From Octopus sinensis (taxonomy: Eukaryota), in NCBI RefSeq assembly GCF_006345805.1, contig NC_043000.1:103726001-103790000 (forward strand): a stretch of 64,000 bases of DNA. The letters run 5' to 3'. A program made the translations under genes and the position numbers. Positions 1-12,090 of this stretch are shown here, in pieces (the stretch's first letter is position 1; each line of letters begins with the position of its first letter). Below the pieces are notes generated by a model. It worked only from the letters and a program-made list of their open reading frames with translations, did no database searches and was not told the origin of the DNA.

Positions 1-1160
1 GACGCCAGCAGGAAGAACTGAGTCAATGCAAAAATACGACGAAAGCTTTCAGAGGTAACCATAGCAGATGGCCCGAACTTGAAAACTTTCTTGAAGACTG
101 GGTTAACACACGGAGAGCAAGCAGCTGCAGTGTTTCCACCGTGCAGATTGGACTGAAGGCTAAAACAATCACCACCAAAATGAAAATCAAAGATTTTAGA
201 GGTGGGCCATCGTGGTCCTTTAGATTTATGAGAAGAAAAGGCCTGTCCATCAGGTCACGCATGACTTTGTTCAGCAGCTCCTTCTTGACTACAAGGAAAA
301 ACTTGTAACTTTCGCACATTCACTCAAACAAAGATAGTGGAGAATTCCATTGGGCCAGAAAATATCATAAATATGGATGAAGTACCTTTGACATTTGACC
401 CGCCTCTCACTCAGACTGTTAATAAAAAGGTGACTCATCCATCACACTGAAAACAAGTGGCCATGAGAGAACGCATTTTACCTGTGTTCTGAGCTGCACA
501 GCATCTGGACTAAAGCTTCCACCGATGGTGATTTTTAAGCGGCTGACAACGCCAAAGGAAAAATTCCTAAAAGAAATCATGGTGAAAGTCAATAAGAAAG
601 GTTGGATGATGGAGAGCCTAATGAAGGATTGGCTCAGAGACTGCTACACCAAGCAACCTGGGGGATTTTTTCACACAAAAAAAGCATTGCTCGTTATGGA
701 CAGCATGAGGGCCCATATAACAGATTCAGTGAAAGCTGCCATCAAGAGTACAAACCCAATTCCAGCTGTGATTCCTGGGGTCACCACTAAGTATTTGCAG
801 CCACTGGACATCAGTGTGAACCGAGCATTTAAAGTGGCACTGCGACGTGAGTGGGAGGATTGGATGACGAGCGGCAAGAAATCCTTCATCAAAACAGGCT
901 GCATGCGAAGAGTATCTTTCATTCGAGTCTGCCAGTGGATCTTAAATGCGTGGAGCCATGTCAAAACATCCACCATCACCAACGGGTTTCAAAAAGCTGG
1001 ACTGCTGCGTGATGAAGAGGACAAGGTGCACTCAAGTGAGAGCGACAACGAAGAGGCTGAAGTGAGTGATGAGATCCTGAGGCTGTTCAATTCGGACACT
1101 GAAGAAGAGGACTTTGATGGTTTCAGTGCGCAGGAAGAAGATGAAGGAGGCAATCAATGA
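1..1160 (+). mobile_element. pogo-superfamily DNA transposon (DD35D, Passer/POGK-like) transposase remnant
   Basis: Frame from nt 3: CENP-B-type HTH region (FRGNHSRWPELENFLEDWV...FRGGPSWSFRFMRRKGLSIR); catalytic NMDEVP, VMDSM, QPLDISVN with 35 residues between D2 and D3; frameshifts before 500, open 525-1160; no 3' TIR seen. Confidence 0.9.
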
Positions 1161-1182
1161 CTTTTGACCTGGTAGGCTGCAG

Positions 1183-1189
<7 letters not shown>

Positions 1190-1229
<40 letters not shown>

Positions 1230-1445
1230 TTGTGTGTCTGTGTTTGTCCCCCTAGCATTGCTTGACAACCGATGCTGGTGTGTTTAGGTTCCCGTCACTT
1301 AGCGGCTCGGCAAAAGAGACCGATAGAATAAGTACTGGGCTTACAAAGAATAAGTCCCGGGGTCGATTTGCTCGACTAAAGGCGGTGCTCCAGCATGGCC
1401 GCAGTCAAATGACTGAAACTAGTAAAAGTAAAAAGTAAAGTAAAG
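1190..1445 (+). mobile_element. Octopus-type tRNA-derived SINE, 3' half
   Basis: gtgtttgtccccctagcattgcttgacaaccgatgctgg...ggcggtgctccagcatggccgcagtcaaatgactgaaac + (GTAAA)n; near-identical to 58950-59150 and to the reverse complement of 39403-39630. Confidence 0.85.
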
Positions 1446-1779
1446 TATACAAGCAAAACGCCCCCCGTCCAATGGACGTTAAACATTTAAACCAAATTTT
1501 CTCAAAACAACTTGTCCGACTGTCCCATTGGCCTCCCCTTTGAGAAACACTGATTTAACCTACATTTGAGACACCAGCAAAAGAAGAAATAAAATAGACT
1601 TTTTTTTCTATTCCAAAGAAAAACGATTTTATTCACAGAAATATGCAACTGAAGAGTTTAAAGTACCATTAATGATAAGACTGTTGACTGGGAGAACACA
1701 AACATGGTTTAAACAGTAAGCCTGGCAGGAAAAAAACGTGCCTTTAAGCAGTAAAAAAACAACAAACATGGAAGGTGCA

Positions 1780-1950
1780 GTTATGCATTCTCACCTGGAA
1801 TCGATTTTTGTAATTTTTTCAAGACTTATACACGCCCTGATATCGTCGGTATCTACATATCAAATTTGAGCGCAATCGGATGGAGGATGCCCGAAATCCT
1901 AGAAGACACACTTACACACACAGACAGAACAGATTTTATATAATAGAAAA
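1780..1950 (+). mobile_element. Non-autonomous Helitron-like/MITE fragment
   Basis: caaatttgagcgcaatcgg...(ACAC/ACAG)...ttttatataataga end, as in microsatellite-bearing non-autonomous Helitron-like elements. Confidence 0.35.
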
Positions 1951-2922
1951 ACCGGCCATTAGGAGGAATGTTGTTCATGCACTTTTCAGTAAAAAAGCAT
2001 AAGCAATGTAATTTGTATGTTACTGATATGTACCTATATTTAAAGGTAGCCGTGTTACAGGCACTGTTTGAAAAAAAGCATTTTGCAATATGTGTTTGTT
2101 TATGTTACCATACGGATTAAATTAAAAGTTAAAAAATCCTCACGTGTAATATCATTCTGTGTAGATATCTCATATTACAACATTGGACACCAGCAGCTTA
2201 AAATCCGGTGCAGCCTATACAAGTACAAAATTAGTTTTCTTTCTAAAATTAGAGTATGTGGCTTTTAATCAGGTGCGCTCTGTAGTCCAGAATTTACGGT
2301 AATCTGCTCCTTTTTTTTTTTTTTGTCTTCTTTTGCACTCTTTCAAGTTTAGTGTGTCCTCTTTTGTATTGTTTCTGTTCAACCACTCACACTAAACTAA
2401 TATTCTGGGTTGCAACTGCCTGTAATAAACCCTGCTGAATCAAAGCTCTCATGAATTAGCCATGTTCATCTTATATTTCCTCAAGAGAGCCAGAGCTAAA
2501 CTTAGTATATGCACTGAAAAACACGATCTCCTTAATTTGCTGCAGGTCATACAGACAGCCGTTAAGTGAGAAACTGTACAGAATTAAATCTCTATCTACT
2601 TTCCATTTTTTCTGAGTGTGAAACCAATAAAACCTTGTTTGTTGCTCTCTCAACTGTCTCTGTTTTTTGTGGGGTTTTTTTTTTTGCACAATTTGGAACA
2701 ATATATATATATCCTCATCATCATCATTATCTTCACTTAACATCTGTTTTCCATGCTGATATGGATTGGATGGTTTGACAGAATCCACAAGCCACAGAGC
2801 TGCAGTATGCTCCATGTCAGCTTTAATATGGTTTCTATTGCAAGATACCCTTCTTAATACATACATACATATGTATGTATGTATGTATGTATGTGTGTGT
2901 GTGTGTGTGTGTGCATGTGTGT

Positions 2923-2964
<42 letters not shown>

Positions 2965-2990
2965 ATCTTCTATGTCTAGGGAGGGTCATT

Positions 2991-5410
2991 CATCATCATC
3001 GTTTAACATTTGTTTTCCATGCTGGCATGGGTTGGACAGTTTAACTGGGGACTGGAGAGTCAGATGGCTGCACCAGGCTCCAATCTGATCTGGCAGAGTT
3101 TCTACAGCTGGATGTCCTTCCTAATGCCAACCACTCTGAAAGTGCAGTGGGTGCTTTTACATGCCACCAGTACAAGGGCCAGTCAGGTGGTACTGGCGAC
3201 AGCTACGCTCAAATGGTGTTTTTTATGTGCCACCTGCACAGGAGCCAGTCCAGTGGCACTAGCAATGACCTCGCTCGAATGTTGTTTTTCACATGCCACC
3301 AGCAGAGGTGCCAGTAAGATGACAATGGTAACGATCATGCTTGAATGGTGCTTTTTATGTGCCACCAGCATGGGAGCCAGTCAGCGGCCCTGGCAATGGT
3401 CACACTCGGATGGTGCTCTTTACGTTCCACTGGCATGGGTGCCAGTCAAGCAGTACTGTCATTGGCCACTTCAGCGAATTTGATTTTAATTGTGATTTCA
3501 CTTACCTCAACAGGTCTTCACAAGCAACACACAACTAGGCTGGTTACATCACTGGCATAGGCCTCAGGTTATGGTCTCACTTGGCTTGCCGGGTCTTCTC
3601 AAGCACAGCATATTTCCAAAGGTCCCAGTCACTAGTCATTGCCTCAGTGAGGCCCAATGTTTGATGATCGTGCTTCACCATCTCATCCCAGGTCTTCCTG
3701 GGTCTACTTCTTTCACAGATTCCCTCAACTGCTAGGGTGTGACACTTTTTCACACAGCTGATCTTATCCATTTGCACCACATGTCCATACCAGAGCAGTC
3801 GTCTCTTGCACACCACATCTGATGCTTCTTAGGTCCAACTTTTCTCTCAAAGTGCTTACACTCTGTCGTGTATGCACACTGACATTGCACATCCAGTGGA
3901 GCATGCTGGCTTCATTCCTTGCAAGCTTCAGCATGTCCTCAGCAGTCACTGCCCATATTTCACTGCCATGTAGCATGGCTGTTCGTACACATGCATCATA
4001 CAGTCTACCTTTTACTCTGAGCGAGAGGCCTTTTATCACCAGCAGCACTCTGAACTCTGCTCAGGCTATTCTTATTCTAGCAGCTATACTCTCAGAGCAT
4101 CCACCCCCGCTACTGACTTGGTCACCTAGGTAATGGAAGCTGTCAACTACTTCTAGTTTTTCTCCCTGGAATGTAACAGAAGTTGTTCTCTGCACATTTC
4201 CAGTGTTTATTGCTCCTGAGCATCTGCCACATACAAAAACTATCTTCCCAGTTTGTCTTCCTTTGAAATTGCTGTACCTCTTATGTGCCCTTAGCTTATA
4301 GAGTTTCTACCTATGCCTTTTCTACAGATCTAATGATTAGAGCAGCAGACTCGCGATCGAGGGATCGTAGATTCGAATCTCAGAACGGGCGATGTGTGTG
4401 TTTATGAGCGAAACACCTAAGCTCCCCGCAGTTCCAGCAGAAGGTAACGGCAAACTTCTGCTGACTCTTTCGCCACAACTTTCTCTCACTCTTTCCTCCT
4501 GCATCTTGCAGCTCACCTGCGACGAACTGGTGTCCCTTCAAGTTGGAGAACCTATATGCTAAGGAAACCAGGAAACCAGCCCTTATGAGCCAGGGATGGC
4601 TCAAGAAGGAACAAATAATCTACCTGAAGGGATTTGTGATTTGTCTGCCTTCGTACTTATTAAGACTTTGGTTTTAGCTAGGTTGACTCTAAAGCCCTTC
4701 GATTCTAATCCTTGCTTCCACACCTGAAACTTCTCCTCTAGTTCTGATAGTGACTCAGCAATAAGAGCAAGGTCATCAGCATAGAGGAGCTTCCAGGGGC
4801 ATCCTGTTGCGAATTCCTCTGTTATTGTCTGGAGGACTACGATAAATAGGAAGGGGTTGAGGACTGAACCTTGTTGGACCCCTACCTCTACCTGGAATTC
4901 TTCACTGTACTCATTGCCAACCCTCACCTTACTGACAGCATCCCTGTACATGGCTTGCACAGCTCTCACTAACCATTCATCTATCTCTAGTTTCTTCATT
5001 GACCACCAGATAAGGGATCAGGGGACCCTGTCAAAGGCTCTCTCCATGTCAATGAAAGCTAGGTACAGGGGTTTATCTTTGTCTAGGTATTTCTCCTGCA
5101 GCTGTCTTACCAGAAATGTAGCATCAGTGGTGCTTTTCCCTAGCACAAACCCAAACTGCATCTCATCTGGACTGACCCTCTCCCTAATTAGTTGGGCTAC
5201 AACCCTCTCCGTGACCTTCATTACCTGATCCAACAGCTTGATACCTCTGTAATTATTTGTATCTAATGCATCACCTTTACCTTTGTGGTAGTTGACTATG
5301 GTACTGCTACACCAGTTATTGGGTATGACTCCTTCATGTATCACCTGGTTGACTATACAGATGAGCAGGCTATATCCGACACTGCCAGATATTTTGAGCA
5401 TTCTTTATCT
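2991..5410 (-). mobile_element. RTE-clade LINE, 5'-truncated and degraded, interrupted by a SINE
   Basis: RT motifs NYRGIKLL, MQFGF, AFIDMERAFDRVP, GVQQGSVL, LLYADDL (ORFs 5018-5401, 4601-4999); C-terminus RRLxWYGHVxxM...GRPRKTW (3577-3816); repeat-array 3' UTR and (GAT)n tail at 2991-3000. Confidence 0.92.
4330..4615 (+). mobile_element. tRNA(Arg-like)-derived SINE inserted into the RTE LINE
   Basis: A/B-box-like head (gattagagcagcagactcgcgatcgagggatcgtagattcgaatctc); homologous to 21448-21753; splits RTE between ...SGR and ICRKG. Confidence 0.85.
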
Positions 5411-5764
5411 GAACATCTTCTGGGTTTGTATTCTTTTGGCAGGATGCACTGATTCAATAATACTTCTTTATTTTTTGTCAATTGGTTAAATATCAAACCA
5501 AGTAACTAACTGAACATTTGTTTAATTGTTTAATGTGATGATTAAACAATCAATTGGTTGTTTGTCAAAGTCCTTTCATTGTTATTTACGACTCTCCAAT
5601 GAAATGCCCTCACTCTTCAAGGTCTGCCTTAAATTTGTCTGAGAATTAGTCTTATGCCTATGTATACATATGCATGTATGTGTGCATGTAAATGTGTGTG
5701 CATCCCAGTGTGTGTATGTGTACATGCATATGTGTGCAGTAGAGCCATCTTTTTTTAAATAGGT

Positions 5765-6205
5765 AACAACATAAAAATGTGTTTGAGGGTCCACATAGTA
5801 TATGAGGTAGTCTACAGCAAATGCAGTGCATCTTACATTGGAAGCATCACCAAGAAACTACATTCACATCAAAGAACATGTGTGTACAAACAACACTTCT
5901 GGCTATTAACACCCGCAGAAGTACCAGACCTGGTACTTTATTGTATTCATTGGGACTGCGGAACGTAACACAGGCAACTTTTGAATCAAAGAGGCCATCC
6001 TAATTTATAAACTGAAACCAATATTAAGCAACAGAAAAGAGCTACACAAAGTAGACTTACTATTATAAAAATACCAATCTGCACATGTCACTACTCTCTC
6101 CCACATATCTAAGCAATAGCAATAGCTTTATTTAATCTCCCATTTCTTCACATGTTCTGATGAAGGGGCATAAAATTTTGCACATGTAATTACAATGAAG
6201 AAGGA
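5765..6205 (+). mobile_element. Degraded Penelope-like element 3' end (GIY-YIG + pLTR)
   Basis: IVYEVVYSKCSASYIGSITKKLH (VY...YIG) and IKEAILIYKLKPILSN across frameshifts, followed by a decayed hammerhead-like motif. Confidence 0.7.
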
Positions 6206-6301
6206 TGAGTTTGACTTTCAGTCGATAATTATTTTTGTATGTGCTGTTATACAAATGTGTTCATATTCTTCACTGTCATTTCTTTCTGCTTGCAACTTCA
6301 G

Positions 6302-6456
6302 ATTACAGACCTCATTATTGTTAATATTGATGAGGGATCACTCAGCCTGGAAAATACTACAACTGTACTCCCTGAAATGCCAGCAGAACCAGTCAAACTG
6401 CTGCAAGATGTCTATGAAAAGATTCGTTTTAACTTTGACTTGATTGAAGCTGTAAC
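6302..6456 (+). CDS. DENND3: DENND3-like coding exon 1 in window (end of cDENN); upstream exons outside window
   Basis: ttcAG|ATT...AC|GTAAGT; ITDLIIVNIDEGSLSLENTTTVLPEMPAEPVKLLQDVYEKIRFNFDLIEAV; phase 0 to 2. Confidence 0.88.
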
Positions 6457-7707
6457 GTAAGTGCAAGTTTCAATGGTATTGTAATGACTGATATTCTTCA
6501 ATATCCCTAGTCCCCACCCTTGCAAGCTTACTCACACCTCTGCTTCTATCCCTCTCACCTGTTCTTCTGCCTCACCCATCACAATCATTCTCTTGTACTT
6601 TTAGAGTATGTTCTGACACTTCATCACTACTATCTCCTATTCCAGCTGGGGTAGCTATACATCTTCTCTATAGTAAAACACCTGTTCCTATGCCTTTATC
6701 ATACTCTTGCCTCTCAGCACATGTCTTAAGCCACCTCCCTCAATACTACACCCTGTTCAATCAAGGGTTCTTATCTTGCAAGCTAGTTGGCAACCTCACT
6801 AGTGCCAGTGACACAAAAATGCACCCAGTATACTTTGTAAAGTAGTTGACACTAGGAAGGGCAACTAGCCAAACAAACCATGCTAAAACAGACCTTGGAG
6901 TTTAACACAGTTCTCTGACCTATCAGATCTTGTCAAACTGCCCAGCCCTTGCCAACATGGCATATAGATGCAAAATGATGATGATGGTGATGATGATGAT
7001 ATGTACGGTGATGATGATGATATGTATGGTGATGATGATGATATGTATGTATGTATCCATGTACATGTATTACATGTGTATGTAATGTTTGTGTATGTGC
7101 ATGTTTTGTATCATGGTTTATAATATCTGTTTAAGAGCTAATGTTTGGATGGATAGTATTGTTGATCATATTACTCTAGTAGTTTATTGGTAACTAATTT
7201 TATCAACTCCAGAAATTTGAACGGAAAAGTTGATTTTTGTAACCTTGTGGAATTTGAACTATGGAACTAAGTGAATCTACCATTGCCCTATGCATCTGGA
7301 AAATACAAGTTGTCTGTCAATATGTATTCGTTTGTATGCAAAAGAAATCCTCTGTCTATGTGTGTGTCTGCATGATAGAAACCCTCCGTCAACATATGCA
7401 TTTTTGCATGATAGAAACCATGTATGCATGTGTGTGTGTTTGTATAATACAAGCTGTCTCCATTGTATGCATGTGTTTTTGTGTTAAAAATATTCATATG
7501 TGACTCACTTTCAACCAATTCTTTTCAAACTATACCAAAATCAATTCAACATGACTGCATGAAGCACAAACTAAATATTCTTCACTCTTGCTCCCCTAAT
7601 TCTGATTCAAGAGGTCCTACGTTTATTTTCTAAGAAATAAAACATTTTTTTCCTGGTTTGTTTATTTTAGATGGACAAATTTCTTTATTATTTCCATTTA
7701 CTTGCAG

Positions 7708-7818
7708 CCCAACAAGCTTCAGCCACAAGAAGGATGTGGAGTTTCGGAAGCAAAAGAACACTCTTTTTAACAGACAAATTCAACATTCTTTTGTGGAACT
7801 TATGGTGAATTTGTTCAG
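7708..7818 (+). CDS. DENND3: DENND3-like exon (dDENN)
   Basis: tgcAG|...AG|GTAGAC; PTSFSHKKDVEFRKQKNTLFNRQIQHSFVELMVNLFR, resembling the dDENN ELMVxxFR motif; phase 2 to 2. Confidence 0.9.
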
Positions 7819-7951
7819 GTAGACTTTATTATTGCTTCATTATTTTGGTTCATTTTTCTAAGAGTGTTTATCAGTTCCCTCCCATCATCAATATTCCACT
7901 TGGGTAAGAATTATGTATTGCAATCACTTAGTGTGCATTCATGCACATGCA

Positions 7952-7986
<35 letters not shown>

Positions 7987-8927
7987 AGCCAGTAGACAGA
8001 CATCAGATAGACTTACAACACTTATGAGCCAACAAAGGGGCGGTCTTATGTGGTCACTTGACCTACCAAACATGGCAACCAAATCTCCATCAAATCACAC
8101 CCAAACATATTTAAAAAATAAAACATATAGGATAAGGTACTACTAGATATACAAAAAGATGAGGCTGTCATGGCCAGAATTCTGTTGATCATAGGTCTGC
8201 TTAATAAGATCTCTCCTGGGGCTAAACAACAACAACCCCACCCAAGTCTTGTAAATAAAGAACCCTTTCCCATGTTAACATAGGAACCTTTTGAAAATAT
8301 TTAATGAGTTTCTATTACTCTAGTATAGATATTATTCTGCCAACGCCAGTTATCTAAATATCTAAGTTGCAATGTTGTTGGGCAACCTTTTAATTTTTCT
8401 CTCCAAGGTTGTTTTTTTTAATCCAGTATTTTACACACTATTATTCATAGCTTTATCTACTTCAAGTTCCACCATTATAAATGGCCATAGTTCAATGACA
8501 AACAAATAAAAACTAATTTGACCAAGACTGTATCCTTACCTGAGTGCAGCAGCTGATCAAACTTAAAAGCTAACGGAAAAAGCACTGGTTCATATTGCAT
8601 CATCAGTGCTTTGCTATGTACCTAGGATAGGTTCTTAAATATCATTAATCCAGTTTACCTTCATGTAAAGGAATACATGAGAAAGTGTATGTATGAAGTG
8701 AAAACATTGTATTATGAGTTTCCATAATTATCTTAAAATACATCACTTTTGTATAAGCCTACTCATTCAAGTGGTGACCCAGAAGTACAATAGGTTGCAG
8801 GATTGTAATGCTTCTGACATCAATTTGAACATTTGACCTTTGGCCCTGTAATCCAACTCTTGTTGAAGATTCAGCAGTCTTATCTATTGTTTTTAACCAA
8901 GTATTTTTTTGCTTTTTTTTTTCACAG

Positions 8928-9012
8928 AAATGTCGTAAGTGAGCCAAAATATTTCAAACCTGAGAAAATGCTGAAGCAGCAACTTCCAGAATATGTGCCA
9001 TTTTACACAGAG
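8928..9012 (+). CDS. DENND3: DENND3-like exon (dDENN)
   Basis: cacAG|...GAG|GTAATT; NVVSEPKYFKPEKMLKQQLPEYVPFYTE; phase 2 to 0. Confidence 0.9.
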
Positions 9013-9319
9013 GTAATTTCTGGTTGTCCTTTTTTTGCAATTGTAATTCTTTATCCCTAGTTTATCCCTGATGGAGCAGACATGTGATCAAAAGCATTCA
9101 TCATAGTTTTTCATCCATGTGTGTCCAGTGTGTTCTTCCTTTTTTGAAGATGGAAGGGTTAATTTGGCTACAATTTTTTTTGTAGGTCAGCTAACTGCAA
9201 AGAGGGCTTGAAGTAGGGACCAAAAATCTTGCTCAAATGAATTGAAATATTGAATAGTAACAGCTAAAATGAAAGATGGAATTTTCATGGTTGGAATACC
9301 ATTGATTAGAATTTGGATT

Positions 9320-9751
9320 TGTAACAGGATGAGAGGTCCCCGCACTGGAAGGGTGAAGCTCGCATCCTTTACATTAAATATTAATCGAAGGGAAGAGTCA
9401 AGACTTCCGATTAACTTCAACAGTATAAATATTTATTTCTTGATTCGCAATATATACATTCTTCTTTCTAGGCGAATCGGCAGCCTAGAAACTAATCACA
9501 GTAGTCAAGTGGAATGAGCCAAATCCTGTCAGTTCAAGCATAGCAGAGATACGTCACGAGGTAGCAGCTTGAGAGAGCTGCTAAAAACACGACTGTCCTG
9601 TTCAGCTGCCAGCGTTCAAGAGAACGATACAAGGGAAATTTCGCTGCTGCTAGTTTTCTGCGCATGCGCATGAGGGAACTTCCGGCAGGCCTCCCGGAAG
9701 AATCCAACTCTGTGCATGCATGCTGAAGATTTCCAAGATGGCATCACTACA
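9320..9751 (-). mobile_element. Solo LTR (Ty3/Gypsy-type), 432 bp, in a DENND3 intron
   Basis: TGTA...TACA termini; perfect 4-bp TSD GATT (9316-9319, 9752-9755); AATAAA on - strand (9432-9437); GC/CpG-richer than flanks. Confidence 0.85.
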
Positions 9752-9975
9752 GATTAACCAGGGTTAACCTGGGCCTAAACAACAATAACAAATAAAATCT
9801 AAAATCACTTAATATTTTGTTGGGCTAATACTGTAGTTATAAATTTCAAGTTTTTCTGAGCAGTCCCACATTCTCTCCCAGAGACTAAACACAGTAACTC
9901 AATGTTGAAATCCTATTTGAATATTGGAGGTGAATTGATTTTTGATTTCCAAATTTTATCATTTTATATTTTCAG

Positions 9976-10106
9976 GTATTTGAGACTACGCTGTTTAAAC
10001 GGTTTATGGCCACCATAGCATCTGGAAGATCAACTTATTGGTCTGAACTAGAAGTAAAAACAAGGCCACTTTCTCGACAAGCATCAACTCTTTCTGAAGA
10101 ATTGAG
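9976..10106 (+). CDS. DENND3: DENND3-like exon (end of dDENN)
   Basis: ttcAG|GTA...AG|GTAATT; VFETTLFKRFMATIASGRSTYWSELEVKTRPLSRQASTLSEEL; phase 0 to 2. Confidence 0.88.
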
Positions 10107-10249
10107 GTAATTTCTTCAATGTTGTTGATCTTGAATGTGTGTGGAGCTTTATATTTCATTTAGTAAAATTTTTTTGTTCTCAGTAAAATCAAAAAGAAAA
10201 GAAAAAAACCCAATTTGAACTATAATTGTTGGCAAATATAGGCATTGGC

Positions 10250-10640
10250 ATGACTGTGTGGTTAAGAAGTCTTGGGTTCAGTCCCACTGCATGGTACCTT
10301 TGGCAAGTGTCTTCCACTATAATCCAGGCCGATCAAAGCTTTGTGAATGGATTTGAGAGATGGAAACCAAAAGAAGCCCATTACATATGTCTGTGTGTGT
10401 GTGTGTGCATATATATGTGTGTGTCTATCTTTGTGTTTGCCCCACCACCACCACCACCACTGCTTGACAACCAGTGTTGGTTTGTTTATGTTCTAACTTA
10501 GTGGTTCAGTAAAAAGAGATCGATAGAATAAGTACCAGGCTTTAAAAATTACTACTAGGGTTGATTTGTTCAACTAAACACTTGAATGTAGTGCTCTTGC
10601 ATGGCCACAGTTCAATGACTGAAACAAATAAAAGATAAAT
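10250..10640 (+). mobile_element. Octopus-type SINE, decayed
   Basis: gactgtgtggttaagaag...gggttcagtcccactgc...gacaaccagtg...ggccacagttcaatgactgaaac. Confidence 0.8.
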
Positions 10641-10819
10641 ACCATTTTTTCATACATATTTTTAACTTTCTGCACAGTTATTTCACTTATTCAACTATTA
10701 TATACTAGTGTAAAGTATTCACTCCTCTCTTATTACAAATTTTGTTAACTTTCATAGTATCAGTAAGGTTGTTTGTTACTGGACATCTTTGACCAAGTAA
10801 TTTACTTTAATCATTGCAC

Positions 10820-10821
<2 letters not shown>

Positions 10822-10910
<89 letters not shown>
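10822..10910. repeat. (TG)n microsatellite
   Basis: Perfect dinucleotide run. Confidence 0.98.
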
Positions 10911-10911
<1 letters not shown>

Positions 10912-11276
10912 ACTTGTTTTTGCACACATGTGTGTGTTTATGATATAAATATTTGTCCTTGAAAATGTTTTAAATGCTGTTTTTAAGAACCTGATATTTT
11001 TATAAGATGGGAAGTGAGAGTTTATGTTCATACCTTTTCTAGGACCGTTACTGATATTACTGAAATAAAATGTCTCTTGACTGTAAATTTAGCTTAGTAG
11101 AGGCTTACCTCCCTTCTATGGTACTCCCATGATGTAGCAAGATTCACCACAAAAATAATCACTTCTAAATTAGGCACAAAGGCAGTGATTTTGACGGAAG
11201 TCATTAACCCTAGTAATTCATTCTAGTGACTCTCAAAGCAAAGCTGATATTGACAAGATTTCAACTCTAAACTTTT

Positions 11277-11500
11277 AACCCTTCAGCATTCAAATTGCTC
11301 TGTCAACTGTAATGCCTATTTATTCACATTGTTTGCATTCATCATGCATTATCTCATAGATTCAAGTCTCTGATGATGCAGTTATTTATTTGTAGAGTGA
11401 TACTGTAGGATAGGTGTGAGAAGCTGGATCTGGCTGGTTTGGACATAAAGTGGGTAGAATATTTTGACCAGATATGGCTAGTTTAAATGCTAATGGGTTA
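11277..11500. mobile_element. piggyBac-type MITE (TTAA-CCCTT termini)
   Basis: ttaacccttcagcatt...aatgctaatgggttag; related copies at 31654-31785 and 40070-40285. Confidence 0.65.
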
Positions 11501-11709
11501 GGGCCAGAATAAATATTGCAAAGCATTTTGTCTAATGCCCTAATGATGCTACAACCTACTTTTAGAATAAATTAAAATCATATTTTTTAAAATGAGAGAA
11601 AACAGAAACTGAAATTCTGCATGAAGTTCTGATAATTAGGCATCATTTATTGAACAGAGAATTTAGTCCTTCATTATTTTTGTTAATAGACTAAAGTATA
11701 TAGATGCAG

Positions 11710-12090
11710 GCATGACTGTGTGGTTAAAAGGCTTGCTTCCCAACCATGTGGTCTTATGTTCAGTCCCATTGCATAGCACTTTGGGCAGGTGTCCTCTACT
11801 ACGGCTCCAGACCAATCAAAGCCTTGTGAGTTGATTTCATAGACAGAAACTGAAAAGAAACCCATCATTCATTCATTCATTCATTTATACATACATACAC
11901 ATATGCACACACACACACATACATCTGGGTATGTATGTATGTATCTAGAGCTGTGTGTATCTGTTTGTCTTCCACCACTGCTTGACAACTAGTATTGTTT
12001 AATTTACATCGCTGTAACTAGACACACAAATAAGTACTGGGTTCAATTTATTTGACTAAACCTATGAAGGTGATGCCTCAGCATAACCAC
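11710..12090 (+). mobile_element. Octopus-type SINE, decayed
   Basis: gactgtgtggttaaaaggcttgcttcccaaccatgtgg...ttcagtcccattgc... Confidence 0.78.

Noticed and set aside
2546-2565. Possible DENND3 micro-exon (cag|GTCATACAGACAGCCGTTAA|gtgag)
   Set aside because: 20 nt; phase incompatible with the phase-0 exon at 6302, or contains TAA; no homology support
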